A stretch of 64,000 bases of DNA. Origin: Vitrella brassicaformis CCMP3155. Lineage: Eukaryota; Protista; Chromerida. A program made the translations under genes and the position numbers. The notes beneath the pieces are model-generated. The model had not been told where the DNA came from. It did not search any database and saw only the letters and a list, made by a program, of their open reading frames with translations. The DNA is taken from assembly GCA_001179505.1 (NCBI GenBank), contig CDMY01000419.1, positions 1 to 64,000 on the forward strand, given 5' to 3'. This document shows positions 1 to 12,183 of this stretch, piece by piece. Each line of letters opens with the position of its first letter. The first letter of the stretch is position 1.

Positions 1-274
1 AAAAGCACTCTTACTCTGGGACTTACCGCCCAGCAGATCCTCTATTCAGCTAACTACAGGAAAGGTCCTCACCGGCCTTTTCGCACAACAGGGACGGTGG
101 AGATCTGAAAAAAGGTTTTGAAAGGCGAGCTCAACTTTGAAAGCTCGCGCAGAAAGGGAAAAGAGGGATGGCAGAGGCATGGGCGGAAAGCATGCAGTGC
201 CTTTGCCAAGCGACCTGCCACACACTGACTACTCATGGGCTCTTGTCGAGACAACTTGCCGCAGCCCTGCAAGC

Positions 275-1187
275 ATGAACGGGCCACAACACTTCCCGTC
301 TGTCGGTGAGTGACCACAGTAGAGCACCAAGCACACGAATAGGACAAGAGAGGAGCTCCTCATGACGGTTTTTTCGCTTCTGCCAGACGATTCGCATTAC
401 GAGGTACTGGAGTCGATTCCATACAACGAACTGCCCGACTGGTGGGCCACACACAGGCGGAGAGGCCGCGGCGTCACTCTTTGTTGAGTGGTGGTTTCTC
501 TTGCCCCTCTATGTGGCATGCAGGATACCCACGTGTTCCATCAACCACTGTGTAGGGAGCAGAAGAGCAGGGCAATGAATGGGGTCAACAGCCCCTCTCT
601 TTTCGCGTTGTGTTGTGGTGTGTGTGCCTGATCAGATTCCCAAGACGCCCGTGATCACTCCACGTAAGTCAATCTCTGCCAAGCCACACGCATGTCAGAT
701 GTGTGTGCGCATGCGCACGTGCTTGGTTTCTCTTCTACAGGGGGCCGCGTGTACGACTACTCCGCCATATTTGCATACCTGTGCCACTACGGCCAGTCGC
801 CGGTGAGTGAACAGAGAACCGACAGAAAAGACCCCGCCCCACCTTGTTTGTCTCCTCTTTGCTCTGCAGGTGAGCAGGCGGCGCACCAACCCAGCAGATC
901 TGTTTCCGGACCGCACCTGCATCGCGGTGCTCGAGGGCTACGCGCAGGAGGTCAAGATGAAGCGCGAGGCCGAGAGCAAGGGCGACAAGCCGCCACTGCC
1001 ACGCAAGCGGCGGAAACGCATCATCTACTACGACAGGTTCCTGCGCGACGGGCCGTTCCGGGACTTCATTGTCTGGGACGTGTGCCTGGCTGCGGCGTTT
1101 GGGCTGGGTGTGCTGCTGGGCAGCGGGGTCATCCAGAGATGGATTGGCAAGCGGCTGGGCGGCGTGAGCCGCCACACAAGCCAGTGA
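275..1187 (+). CDS. U-box domain protein with C-terminal hydrophobic tail (putative tail-anchored E3 ligase), ~6 exons
   Basis: Spliced exons 275-307, 387-456, 524-551, 636-663, 741-802, 870-1187 join in frame to give PTCSINHCIPKTPVITPRGRVYDYSAIFAYLCHYGQSPVSRRRTNPADLFPDRTCIAVLEGY, which fits the U-box pattern CPI..LM.DPVIT.SG.TYE..AI..WL...P.T...L...DL.PN. Followed by FIVWDVCLAAAFGLGVLLGSGVI. The model needs a GC-AG intron at 457-523; the 3' end could extend via a GTGAGC donor at ~1165. Confidence 0.7.
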
Positions 1188-2050
1188 ATAATAGGCAAGT
1201 CAGTATGTGAGGGAGTGAGTGACAGTGTAGCTGGGTAGATGGATGCATGGATGGATGGATGGATGGGTAGGCCGCCAAGGCGTGCGAGAGTGACTGAAGG
1301 TCGGTTTTTCGGTTTGTCTAGTTCTTGGATGGTTCTTGCGCCCCCTCCCCTCCCCCTCTCTTTCCGCCTTCCTTCCTGCCTACCTGCAGTGGTGCATCTG
1401 AGAGGAGTTGGCACGCCTGTGTGTGGGAGAGGCGGGTGCAGTGGCTGGCGGTGACGCTCGCAGTGAAACACATGTACAGACAGGATGATTAAGTACTTAC
1501 TTAGTCAACTGATGGCAAGACAGTCGGAGCAAAGAATATGCATTGCGGCTCATTCAAGGAAGAGCAGTGCATGTGCCCGTCATCTCTTTTATCTGCCGTC
1601 CATCCGTGTAGCTGGTGTGTGATAGTGAGCGTCATCCAATCGTTCTCCTTCATCCATCCATCCATCCATCCATCCATTCGCTTTACAATTGGTACGAGAA
1701 GATGCAGGTAGGCACCACACACCCAACAGCACAGCACAGCACAGCGATAAAGCAGCCAGGGGAAGAGTCGGATGATCAGGCATTGCGCCACAACCACCGA
1801 GACCAGGAAAACCTCCTGTTTGCCTCCTGTGGAAAGGCAGCCGCCACACTGTAGCACCCGAACATGGCATCCAAAGTGCCGCCTTCTTCTGACGTGTCAC
1901 GCCCCAGACGTCTTCGTCCTGTACAGGAAGCCGCAAACGGCTCCGGCGGAAAAGTCGAGACGCCCCCACGCGAGCTGTGAAAAGAGACATTGAAAAGAAG
2001 CTTCAAGTCGTAGTTCAAGTCTCTCCTCGTTTAAAGCAGCCTTTCGTCAC

Positions 2051-3280
2051 GATGTCGCCCCATCATTGTGTTGTTTTGGCGTCCTTCCACGTGCTGACAT
2101 TGCTGGGCTGCCTTCCGGTGACTCTGGGCTGGCGCCACGATGTCTCCTTCGGCATGAGCATTGCCAACGCCGGCCGCCGTGACGGCTTCCTTCACCAGCA
2201 CACTTCTCTTCGCACGGATGATGTTCCTGATATTCTACTCGGTGCGAGCAAACAGCCATTCCATCGGCTTCGGTCATGCATGCATGCAATGCTTTCAATT
2301 GAATGCTTTTGATGTGCAGGATGCCACGCGCCCATTCACGGCCTCGGGCAACATGCAGAGTATGACATGGAGTCCGGCCTCCCGAAGGGGGAGCAAAGGG
2401 AGCTGCAGTATCTCTTCAAGAAACTCACCCCTCCTCTGCATGTTGGGTATGCTCCGTGTGCGTGTTACCGTGCGTGTTGACATGCTTTGCATGCACTCGG
2501 ATGCGTCTCCAATGCGTTGTCCACAGGAACGTTGAGGATCTTCTCAAGTCGGTTGCGTTCATCGACTGGGACGGGAATGTGAAGCTGCCGCGCAGGCTGA
2601 GGGCATACTCGGCAGACGAGAAAGTGGTGCAGTTTGAGACGGCAGACAACGACGTCGTCAAAGATGCTAACGGTGAGCATTCGGTGAGTTGACCTGTACC
2701 CTCATATGAATATCGATATGCGAACTCGCTCATCAGACTGGGACAAATCATCATCGAGATATGGTGATGAGTTTACCTGGTCTGACCTGGAGAGATTCCC
2801 CCTGCCCGACTTCTGGCAGCTCGACCTCACTAAAACTCAGCAGGTGGGTGTACTATCGGGTCAAAAAACAGTGCCCACACTTTGACTGAACATCTCTCTC
2901 CCATGAATGCATGCAGGTGAAATCTGCCAACTCGAAACTCGGACTGCCACTCAACCACTTCAAGCTCATCGTACTTGTATACTGCCCTCAGGTCTGAGAC
3001 TGAGTAAAATAGACATTGCACCTATGTAATGTTTCTTCTCGTATTGATAGTTGGCAGGACCTCTTCTGGAATATCATGCCGTATCAGTTGAATAACACGA
3101 GGATCTCAGACGCAGACATGAAAAAGTACGTACTGCCGAAGTACAAGATCAAGACGTCTTTCTGGCAAAACATGCATTCGCTCCTCGCCCCGGTAATATA
3201 TGCTAGGAGTGCGGCAACGATTCGCCTTTCTCTCCATGAAACCTTCTTCTCCCTCTCTCTTTCTGCAACTTTGTCTCTCT

Positions 3281-3311
<31 letters not shown>

Positions 3312-3632
3312 GCTGTAATGTGCAACAGGGCGGTATGACCGTCGTCAACAACGTTCCGGTATGTGATCATTGAATGAACGAGCATTCATGTGGCCCACGG
3401 GCGGTCTGTTTTTCAGTCTTTCTTCGAGGGCCATCCATGCAAGTGTGAGGACCCACTTTTCCGGGGCACGGTATGTTTGCCCCAGAAAAGCCTCCCAGTG
3501 GATCTCTGTTTCCTCAAAAAAGATCAAACTAAAAGCCTCCTCTTCGAACACTTCATCGAGCTTACCAAAAATGAGACAGGACTCCAACTCACGACACAAG
3601 CGTTTTTCAACAGTAAAGGTGTGATCGGATAA
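2051..3632 (+). CDS. Secreted hypothetical protein, multi-exon
   Basis: Signal-peptide-like start MSPHHCVVLASFHVLTLLGCLPVTLG, then exons bounded by canonical splice sites (RNVEDLLKSVAFIDWDGNVKLPRRL; WDKSSSRYGDEFTWSDLERFPLPDFWQ; WQDLFWNIMPYQLNN; SFFEGHPCKCEDPLF). No family recognised. Confidence 0.5.
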
Positions 3633-4044
3633 ACGAAATATATGTACCACAACTCTTCAATTGAGACCAATAGATTGAGACTGAGTTATGCGGTGATTTT
3701 TGTGTGTTTTGTTTGCAGGAAACATGGGCGTCGGATTGCAGCGGATGCCATTAGAGTGATTTCTCTCTGAAGCAGCCGGGCGTTTTTTTTTCTTTTTTCT
3801 CGCTTTCGTGATGGTGTGATGACGGGCGCTGTCTGTTTGTCTGTCTATCTGATCTTTAGCTGCCAGTCTGATGGTGTTCCGCTAATAAGCAGTGATAGAT
3901 CTGCCGCACCATCACTGGCTGGTGGGGTGAAGGTGTTGGCGGATTTGCCCACACCCCCAGATCCCTTCCGCCTTTCGACTGCCTGTCTGTCTGTTTGTCT
4001 GTATGCGTGGCCCGTCCGCACGTGCATGACCAGGGATGACGAAT

Positions 4045-4691
4045 TTATATAAATGGAAGACTAGACACCGAAACGCATACATTCAGAGACACATACAGAA
4101 AAAGCAATATCTGGTGCAATTGATATGGTGTCTCAAGGAGCTCAAGTAAGTCGCCTGCGCTAGGCCCTTCGATCTCCTCGTCACACCAACGAGGAATATC
4201 ACAGCCACAAACCTGAACGTCATCATCCCTCAAAACGAAAAGGGATGATTAGGTCACGGCGTCACGCATGACGACCTGCATAAGGAGCACATAACAGGGC
4301 GTGTCTACGCCACCCATGGGCGACTGGAGCAATGAGCCCCCCCGCTGTGGACGGACCAATTTTGTGTTTGGTGGGTGGATGCGTTTTTGGTCTTTCCTCA
4401 GGCTGTGTGTGTGTTCTCTCTCTCCGTCCCCTCCAGTGATGTCTAGAGAGGCGTAGTGCACATCTGTGGCCTTCTTGTTTTATCGCTGCATACATTTAGA
4501 TTAGGTCTGTGGCGGCTTTTTATGGTTGAGTCTGTTTGTCCCCGTGTGTCCGTGCACCTTCGTGTGCCTGCCTGCGCAGACAGACCTGATGGAAGGATCA
4601 AACTCTCGAAGTTCTCAAGATTCGCTGAATAGACAGGCAAGAGCACAGAGGGCTGCATGATGCGAAGGCGCAAGGGATCGATAGGCACACA

Positions 4692-4725
<34 letters not shown>

Positions 4726-5683
4726 CGTGACAAGTCAGTGGAAAATTGGCTGGCTACAGGCCCATCCCAACACACACACACACACATACAGACAGACAGA
4801 CAGACAGACAGACAGAGAGAGAGACAAAGGCACACACGAATGAGACAGGGAGACACTCGAACATTATCACACACAAATCTCATACACTCTCACGCACAGA
4901 AAGAGACCACCCCACAATTGCCACCCCATATTCATTCATGGAAGGCAGGCATCATCTCCAAAACACACGCAAAAACCAACAGTCTTTGTGTCTCCTCATC
5001 TTGACTGACCTGCCTAGGCCTTCCCCCGGCCCCTCCTCAGATGCATGGGTATGCTCCTTGGAGACGCACACCCATGCAGATAAGAGGAGGCGAGACACGA
5101 CAACACTAGAAGTGCCTGTCTGTCATTCGACGCACAAGTGGCCACCGACCAGCTAAAGCCTTGACTCTCATCCACTGCGGAAGCATTCAGACCAGTGCTC
5201 CATAGCCCATCTGTGCATGGCTTCGCGCCCTGCTGACCGGCTGGCTAAAAGATGACCGCGGCGTCCACAGAACGAAGTAGTTACCATCCCGCATGCAGAG
5301 GCGGTGGCTTGATTGTCGTCATCTGCTACCCGCCGCGCCCCTCCTCGTCTACGTCGCCTGCAAACACAATAAAACGAACACACACACACACACACATACA
5401 CACACGGAGAGAGAGAGAGAGAGAGAGTGTGTGTGTGCAGTGAGGCAATGATGGTGTGCCCGTGTCGCATTGATTTGTGTGTGGTGTGCCCCCATCGTCA
5501 TCGGCATCGTCCGCCATGCTGCACTCACCGGACACAGAGCTGTATGGTGCAAATGGCTGTATTGTGTGTTTGCTTGCCGACAACTATGAGCCGATAGATG
5601 GCTTGGACGTACGAAAACTCAGTCGCTCCGCCCAGTCGAACGAACGCGGTCGAAGCGGGCTGCCGATGAACTGGTGGTGACAT
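4045..5683 (-). CDS. Possible multi-exon hypothetical protein
   Basis: Short protein-like blocks between microsatellite introns (ANLENFESLILPS at ~4586-4626; DIPRWCDEEIEGPSAGDLLELLETPYQL at ~4115-4200; ATG at 5683). I could not assemble a unique model. Confidence 0.25.
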
Positions 5684-5990
5684 ATTGGTAGTATATTACA
5701 TATTGTCAAGACATCAGACTATGCATACACAAATCGGTCTTTCCGTGTCTCTCTGTGTGTATGTGTATGTGGGGCGTTCTCTACAGATGCATCAAGTAAC
5801 GATCGTGAAGTGATGAAATCGCATGCTCGCACTCGAACAAACATTGATGGCGTTCCAAAAATAAATAGATGTCGTCACTAGCTAGGCCAATCAAGGACAT
5901 GCTCACACACAAGATATGTCTCACAGCTCCCGCATCCATCCCACCAGCTGAAGCTGCACATCGATTACATCCAATCGGTCGATCAGCCAT

Positions 5991-7042
5991 CTATGCCACA
6001 TCCAGCGTATTGCAACACCCGCACAGAGGACCAGCATGAGAAGCATATGCATCGGCAGCACCAGTCTTAATGCCACCAGAAGGAGAGACCGGCCCGTCAG
6101 TGATATGAGGGGCGTCCACGGGGGCTTGTGCAGGGATGCTCGACCGTCGGGTGAGGCCGCTGTCGATCGGTTTAAGCCTCAAAGCTTGATCGACACCATC
6201 GACCTGGTGTGTGCCATAGAATGCGTTGACCGCCGTCGCCGATGCCCTTGGCTTGTTTGCCACCTCTTCATCTACCCTCGCACATTCGTCGCCATCATCG
6301 TGTCTCAACAACAACGTGTCTCCTTCTTCGGACGAAGCCTCAATATCATTTCTCGCCGACGCTCTCTCGCCGTCCCCCATTTCGATCCCCGACGGCTGCC
6401 GCATCTCATGAGAATTCTCATGGGCCAAAGCATTAGCCTCCATGTCGATTTTCTCCGTCTTTTCCTCGCGGTCACCATCTCCATCTGTCTCTTCCACCAT
6501 ATAGCCAAGCGTGCTTCCCTCAGTGCCAGGTTGGTCAGCCCTCCGACGGGAAACCGACAATCGCCGCCATACCCTTACCATGACAGAGCCACCTTTGTCG
6601 AGAGCGCCGCCTTTATCGCGAGCGCCTTGTTTACGCATAGAAATGAGACACGGGTTGTTGTGTAAGGTGACGGCCAGCCACAATCGATTCCGCACACGAA
6701 CATGTCGGGATCGAGATGCGTCCGTTGAGGGGACAGTCATGGTTGCGTCGTGGACGGTATCGTTGATGCACGTTAGGGCACAACGATAGGTGGGGTTGAA
6801 TTCCTCGTAGCACAATGTGCAGGCCGCCAGAAAGGCCTGGTGGGCAGCTGCAGATATGAGTGCACAGAGAAAATACCGTCGCCATGTGAACAATTACGTA
6901 TCCGTTCTTACAGTCAAGTGCAGCTGCAATGATGGGCGTTTTGTCGAAACTGAAACAGAAGAGCATCCCCGACACGGCGACCGTTACCACGCGAGTGACT
7001 CCCAATACAATGCCGAGAGGAAGGTTGACCAGCACCTGAATG

Positions 7043-7074
<32 letters not shown>

Positions 7075-10000
7075 TCAATGTGGGTCATTTTTAGATTCTT
7101 CCGTCTCGTCCCACACATACCATCAAGTCCACAAACGCATGAAACCACGCCGGTCGCGAGACATGAGCGCCTGATGGGCTGACCACTCGCTTAAACAGCG
7201 CTGCTACCAGCACCAGCTGGATGAAATAGAGTGTGATCAGGCCAAGAACATAGTTTCTGTATTCAACCATGGCTGCCAATATAAGCTTCTGGGCAAAGTA
7301 GAGGGTGATCGCGATCAGTGACAAGAAGGCCACGATGAACTCGGATATATAAAAGGCCATTGTCACGACCACAAAAGTTATCCCCAGCAGTTTTGTCCCG
7401 ACTAATAGGTGAGACACCACTTTCACCTCTCGCTCTGGGACACCAGCAGGAACAGCAGCCGGATGCCTCCGGCGATAAAGCTGCTGCATTTCCTGGGTGC
7501 GGATGGCGAGGGTGCCTTTGATGAGCCGCAGCATCGTGCGTCTATAGCCCTGCAGAATCCGCCAAAGCACAAGGCCGGAAGCACCGACGCCGACGGAAAT
7601 CCTGCGCATAGACAATTAAATCATATCAGCAAACGTGTAGATCGAGCATGAATGCGCCTTACGAAATATAGAGCATGACTGTCATGAAGTCGACAAAGTC
7701 AACGAGACGGGAAGCATACTGCAACGCCCACTCTGCTATGTCATCTAGATTAAAGATTTTGTCTGCGTCAGGATATAGACCCCGAAACACTGAGCACACA
7801 CACGAGAGACAGACATGATGTGTTGACACATGCATTCGTCATGATTACGGGTTTCAGCAAGCCGTTTAGCCTTCTCTTTATCATCATGGCCGAGATCGAC
7901 AGTCTCGAGTTGGTCGGACACCAGCATGTACTTGGAGCTAATGAAGATGCCCTGGTGAATGGCCGTGCGTATAGTCCAGGAGAGGGAAAAGGCGACGACT
8001 AGCAGAAAGAAAGTCGGAGTGTGCATTGGGATTGGAGGGGGCGGCAAAGCTGCTCCCTCTTGACCAGTCGGAACACCTCTGATGCGCCGCCGTACATAGT
8101 TACGGCACGAGACCTCCATATTGGCAAAGAACCAAGCCATGGTCGGATTAAACAGCGCCGTCAGGAGCACGAGGACGACATAGACCCCTCCCATAAATAA
8201 TGTGGTCGACGCTAGCATGACGTATGCGAGGGAGTAGAATGGCGCCAACTCTATGTCTCCTACTGCGAAGGGCCGGAGAAACGCTGAGACGTCCACCTGG
8301 AAGAAAAAGAGATAAATCATGCCCAGGGTGAGGACATAGAATATCCGTGGCGTGTAGATGTTGTTGGAGATGTTCATAAGAAGAGCCACAGAGAAGATGA
8401 CAGAGAAGAAGATCTGTCATGTGTGTGGAGAAGATGACAGAGAAGATCACCGAAGTTGAAGGCATCATGTGTGTGCACCAGCATGGCGAAATCGACGCTT
8501 CGGTGAAAGGAGGCATCGACGTGGCGAGTAAGCTGGCTCGTTAGGAGGTTGTGCCTCCATATGTCAAAAAGTGACCAGAGAAAGATCTACGTGAGCGCAC
8601 GCAGACAGAAGAAGAGACAGAGACATGCCTACTTCTGTCGTCTGTTGTGTATATATCCTACGATGAACAAGAGTATGCTGGTCCATCTGCTTTTTGTCCT
8701 TGTGCCACAAAGGTCCAAAAATACATACCCTGAGAAGACCGCAGACATACAGATACACAGACATGGGTCAATGCAGTGGCTCTCGCTTACGGTAGTTTGT
8801 GAACTTCAATCGTTCTTGGCTGTCACGACGGCAGCAGCGGCAAGCCAGACGATGGCGAAAGCAGTGACATACCAACAGACACATGTCGGTGAAACATACA
8901 GCAGGCGGGACGACATATCTGCTTCTCTCTTGAACAGTATCACAGGAGCGCGAAACTTGCAAGAGCTGGAAAGCCCGTCGAAAACAGCGCCGAATGACCG
9001 TGCGATCGTCTTGTGTAGCATCGTCATCGCTGCGATTAGGCCGTTGCTGTACCCCAGCAGTGTAGAGAGGGTAGTGTAGATCGATGCATCTCGTGATCAG
9101 CGAAGGCAGCGCTTTCTTTGCGACCATCCAGGCGAGAATTCTATGCGTGGAAAAAGCCAGAGCACCACAAAGGATGCCAAAGAAAATGAAGAAGGTCAGG
9201 ACGCCCTCCGTAGTAATCTTCAGCCCATATAACTCTTCGCTCTTGGTTAGCCACTTCACACCAGCCCTGAAAGCTTTAAGAGCCGCCTCCAGTGCCTTGA
9301 GAAGCACAGCATAGTCGACTATGTTGCCGTTCAATAGCGCTTCAAGGCCGTAATGGCTCAGGAGTATGTTCGTCAGGTGAGCGGCCTCCCCACTTTTGTC
9401 AGGCTCGTTCGAGAGCGGCTCTAATTCTTGGAGAGCGCCGTGGAGTTCGCTGGCAAGGGTGTGCGCGTCGGTGCCAGGCTCTTCGGATTTGAGGATCTCC
9501 GTCAGCGTTTTGTTGAGAAGAATGAAAACAGTGTCCGCAGAGTCATTCTGAGAGAGCAGGAGGGGGCCAAGGCCGCCAGCCAAGCTGTCTAGAGAAGAAT
9601 TCGTCGCCGGCGACGTCACATTGTCCAGCAAAACGCCTTCCAGCAGCTGCGCAGCTTGTGCAGAATTGATCGAATGCGAAATAAGCCTCCTTCTGCCATC
9701 GAATTCGGCCGGCATGATGTATTCGTGCAGAAGACTCACAGCCATAATGATGAAGTCACAGTTCCTGCAGCTCTTCTCCTCGTGGAAAAAGCTGAGCACA
9801 GCAATATTGAGAACAACGCTGAGGTGCTGCGCCGCCGTGGCATCAAGAAGAAGTGCCTCCAGGCTGTCGAAGAGAGCCCTGATTGCCATCCTTGTGCCGC
9901 CAGATGTTGTCCCGTCCACGAAAGGGCAGGAAGGCAGCAGTAGAGTAGGCAGATGGCCGATGAATGTATCAGCACCATGCTGCCACGTCGTGACATCCTC

Positions 10001-10961
10001 AAGAGCAGATGGCAGGAGAAATGCCGCAAGGCCCGCTGGCGAGGAAAGATGACTCCGCGCATCAGCAATGGCATTTACCACGGGACGGAACAGAGCCCTC
10101 ACCGCCTCTTCGGGTTTGGTCACACTGTGAGACATGATGAATAGCCTCCATTTTTCCAGCAAGGCTCTCACGGCAATCTCGCCGAGAAAATGTTTGTCAC
10201 CAGGTGCCAAGCTCATCTTGAAGACCACATGAAGGACCGAAAAAAAGTCTTGAGCCATGAGAGCTTCAATTGATGGTGCGCTGTCAAATGCGTCGGTAAA
10301 GGTCGAGGCCAGACCGTGGACGGCTATCGCGACAAGATCCGACTCGGCCTCTACACCGGTCACAGCCATCACAACGGTCCTCAGTATGTCGATCACCGTC
10401 AGTTCAAGCTCCTGTTGATCACCGGCATCATCGAGAAGAGCTCTCTTGACCAATAAACGTGTGTGGGTGTCAATAATAGCGCCGAAGGCAGCGAGAGCGA
10501 CAGCAGAAGAGGCGTTGTGACAGTCGTCGATTGTCCTCGTGTCCTCGAAAGCAACCGTGAAGAGCTTGGAAAGGTTTTCGACCGCGGTGTTGTTGATCCG
10601 CTGCATCGTTGTGTTGTCCAGAAAGGGTCTCGAGAGAGCGTTGAAGGACGGCGGGAGCAACCCACGAGCCATCGCAGCATCAGTCACATCATCAGCTGGT
10701 GCCGTGGTACTGTTGACCGTCGTATTGAGGAGGTCAAGTAGGAGGAAGGAATGAGCACGGTCCGTCTCATCTGCCAGAAGAGTCCCAAAAATGCGGTCAA
10801 GAAGAGCAAACAGGCTCCGATCACTGTTGCAACATATCTGAGGAGGAGAAAGGGAAGACGCCAAAGGGACTGTCACAGCTCACTTTGATATTGTTGCGTA
10901 CCTCTCTTGCGCATGTCAACAAGAGAATGGCAGGTATAAGTAAAGCACTTCGTCTTAACAT
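5991..10961 (-). CDS. STRA6-like: STRA6/RBP-receptor-like polytopic membrane protein with signal peptide and large N-terminal ectodomain (10 exons, 1461 aa)
   Basis: Exons 10961-10902, 10837-8900, 8819-8791, 8729-8633, 8586-8479, 8413-7849, 7789-7663, 7601-7121, 7035-6912, 6847-5991 all have GT-AG borders with consistent phase and total 4386 nt. Motifs YISISVGVGASGLVLWRILQGYRRTMLRLIKG, WFHAFVDLMVLVNLPLGIVLGVTRVV...DKT, LDSAHQAF...EEFNP and RVRNRLWLAVTLHNNPCLISMRK occur in the same order as the remembered STRA6/RBPR2 blocks. Confidence 0.8.
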
Positions 10962-11721
10962 CGTCGCCGCGTGGGAGAAGACGCCTAATGCGGACAAAAG
11001 AGATGCTTGTGTGACAATGATGAGGGCTCTCACCTGAGTGTTTCTCACACGAAGGGAGAGAGCGGTCTCATGAATTCACGGCCCCCACTTTTGGCCCCCA
11101 CGAGCGGAAACGCAAGCTTCGCATGAGCCTCCCTCCTCCGGTACCGAGCCCGATGGCAACTGCCGCACTATCGCCTGGTCACGACACCATCGACAAAGAC
11201 ACGACGTTGGAGGGGAAGGGGGAGAGACACAGAGGCTGCATTCCCAGGTTTCATGCCAACAGGATGGCGGGGTGGTGGATGGAGACTAACCGTGTGCACG
11301 AGAAACACAGGGACGACTTCAAGAAGCGTTGAGTGAATTGACTGACTTGAGGAGGTCTGCAAGTGCACTTGGAAGATGATACGATAAGTTGGTCCACACA
11401 CATGAGGCAGGCAGCGATTAGGACAAAGACCCATCCATCACACACACGCACACACACATGCACAGCAAGAATGCGATAGATAAAAGGTGGCGGAAAAAGG
11501 CGTTAACGGGCAGGCAGGCTGATGTGCGGAAAAGTGAGTTGGAGCCACGTCTTTCGTTGGCTCGTTCACACTTGCAGACGGATACACACACACACACACA
11601 CACACATGTGCAATAATGAATGGCGATCTGTACAGACACTCTCAAAGTGAGGCAATGAGAGTGAGAGAGAGGAGACAGTACTAGTAGTTTACCAGCCTGC
11701 CTGCCTGCGACCTTCACACCT

Positions 11722-11830
11722 ACATGTATGCGCATATGCACGTATATGTACGTATATGCATGTGTCTTTATATATGTATATGTGTATGTGTATGTGTGTA
11801 CATATATATGTGTATGTATATGCTTTGTAT
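11722..11830. repeat. AT-rich (TATG/TA)n low-complexity tract
   Basis: Run of tatatgtatatgtgtatgtg-type units in an otherwise GC-rich window. Confidence 0.8.
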
Positions 11831-11935
11831 CTATCGACAAGATGACTGACTGACAACGATACAAATCAGACAAACGGGACGGAAGGAGGGTAAGAAGCTC
11901 ACACAAATCTCTCTCACTGCTGTACACTGTACACA

Positions 11936-11990
11936 CGCATCGCATCCATCCCATCGCATCGCATCGCATCGCATCGCGTCGCATCGCATC
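11936..11990. repeat. (CGCAT)n pentanucleotide microsatellite
   Basis: About 10 imperfect catcg units; source of the artefactual MRCDAMRCDA ORFs. Confidence 0.85.
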
Positions 11991-12183
11991 GGTACGATAC
12001 ATACGCACACCACACACACACTGCGCCGCATTCGGCCATTCATTTGGCGGTTGGTGGGTAGCTGGCCCTTACAGCCTTCCCTCGCACGCAGCCAGGCGCA
12101 CAGGGAGGGAAGGGGAGGCCACACCGCACCACACAATTGCCTTCCTTTGAACACGGCCGATCGATTGGTCGATCGATGGACAT

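Noticed and set aside
8384-8450. Short direct repeat acagagaaga(t/a)ga across an intron-exon boundary of the STRA6-like gene
   Set aside because: Only ~20 nt and two to three copies; best explained as a local slippage duplication with no evident function.
11123-11332. 69-aa ORF divergent from the STRA6-like gene
   Set aside because: Position would suit a bidirectional partner, but no recognisable motif and no convincing spliced continuation.
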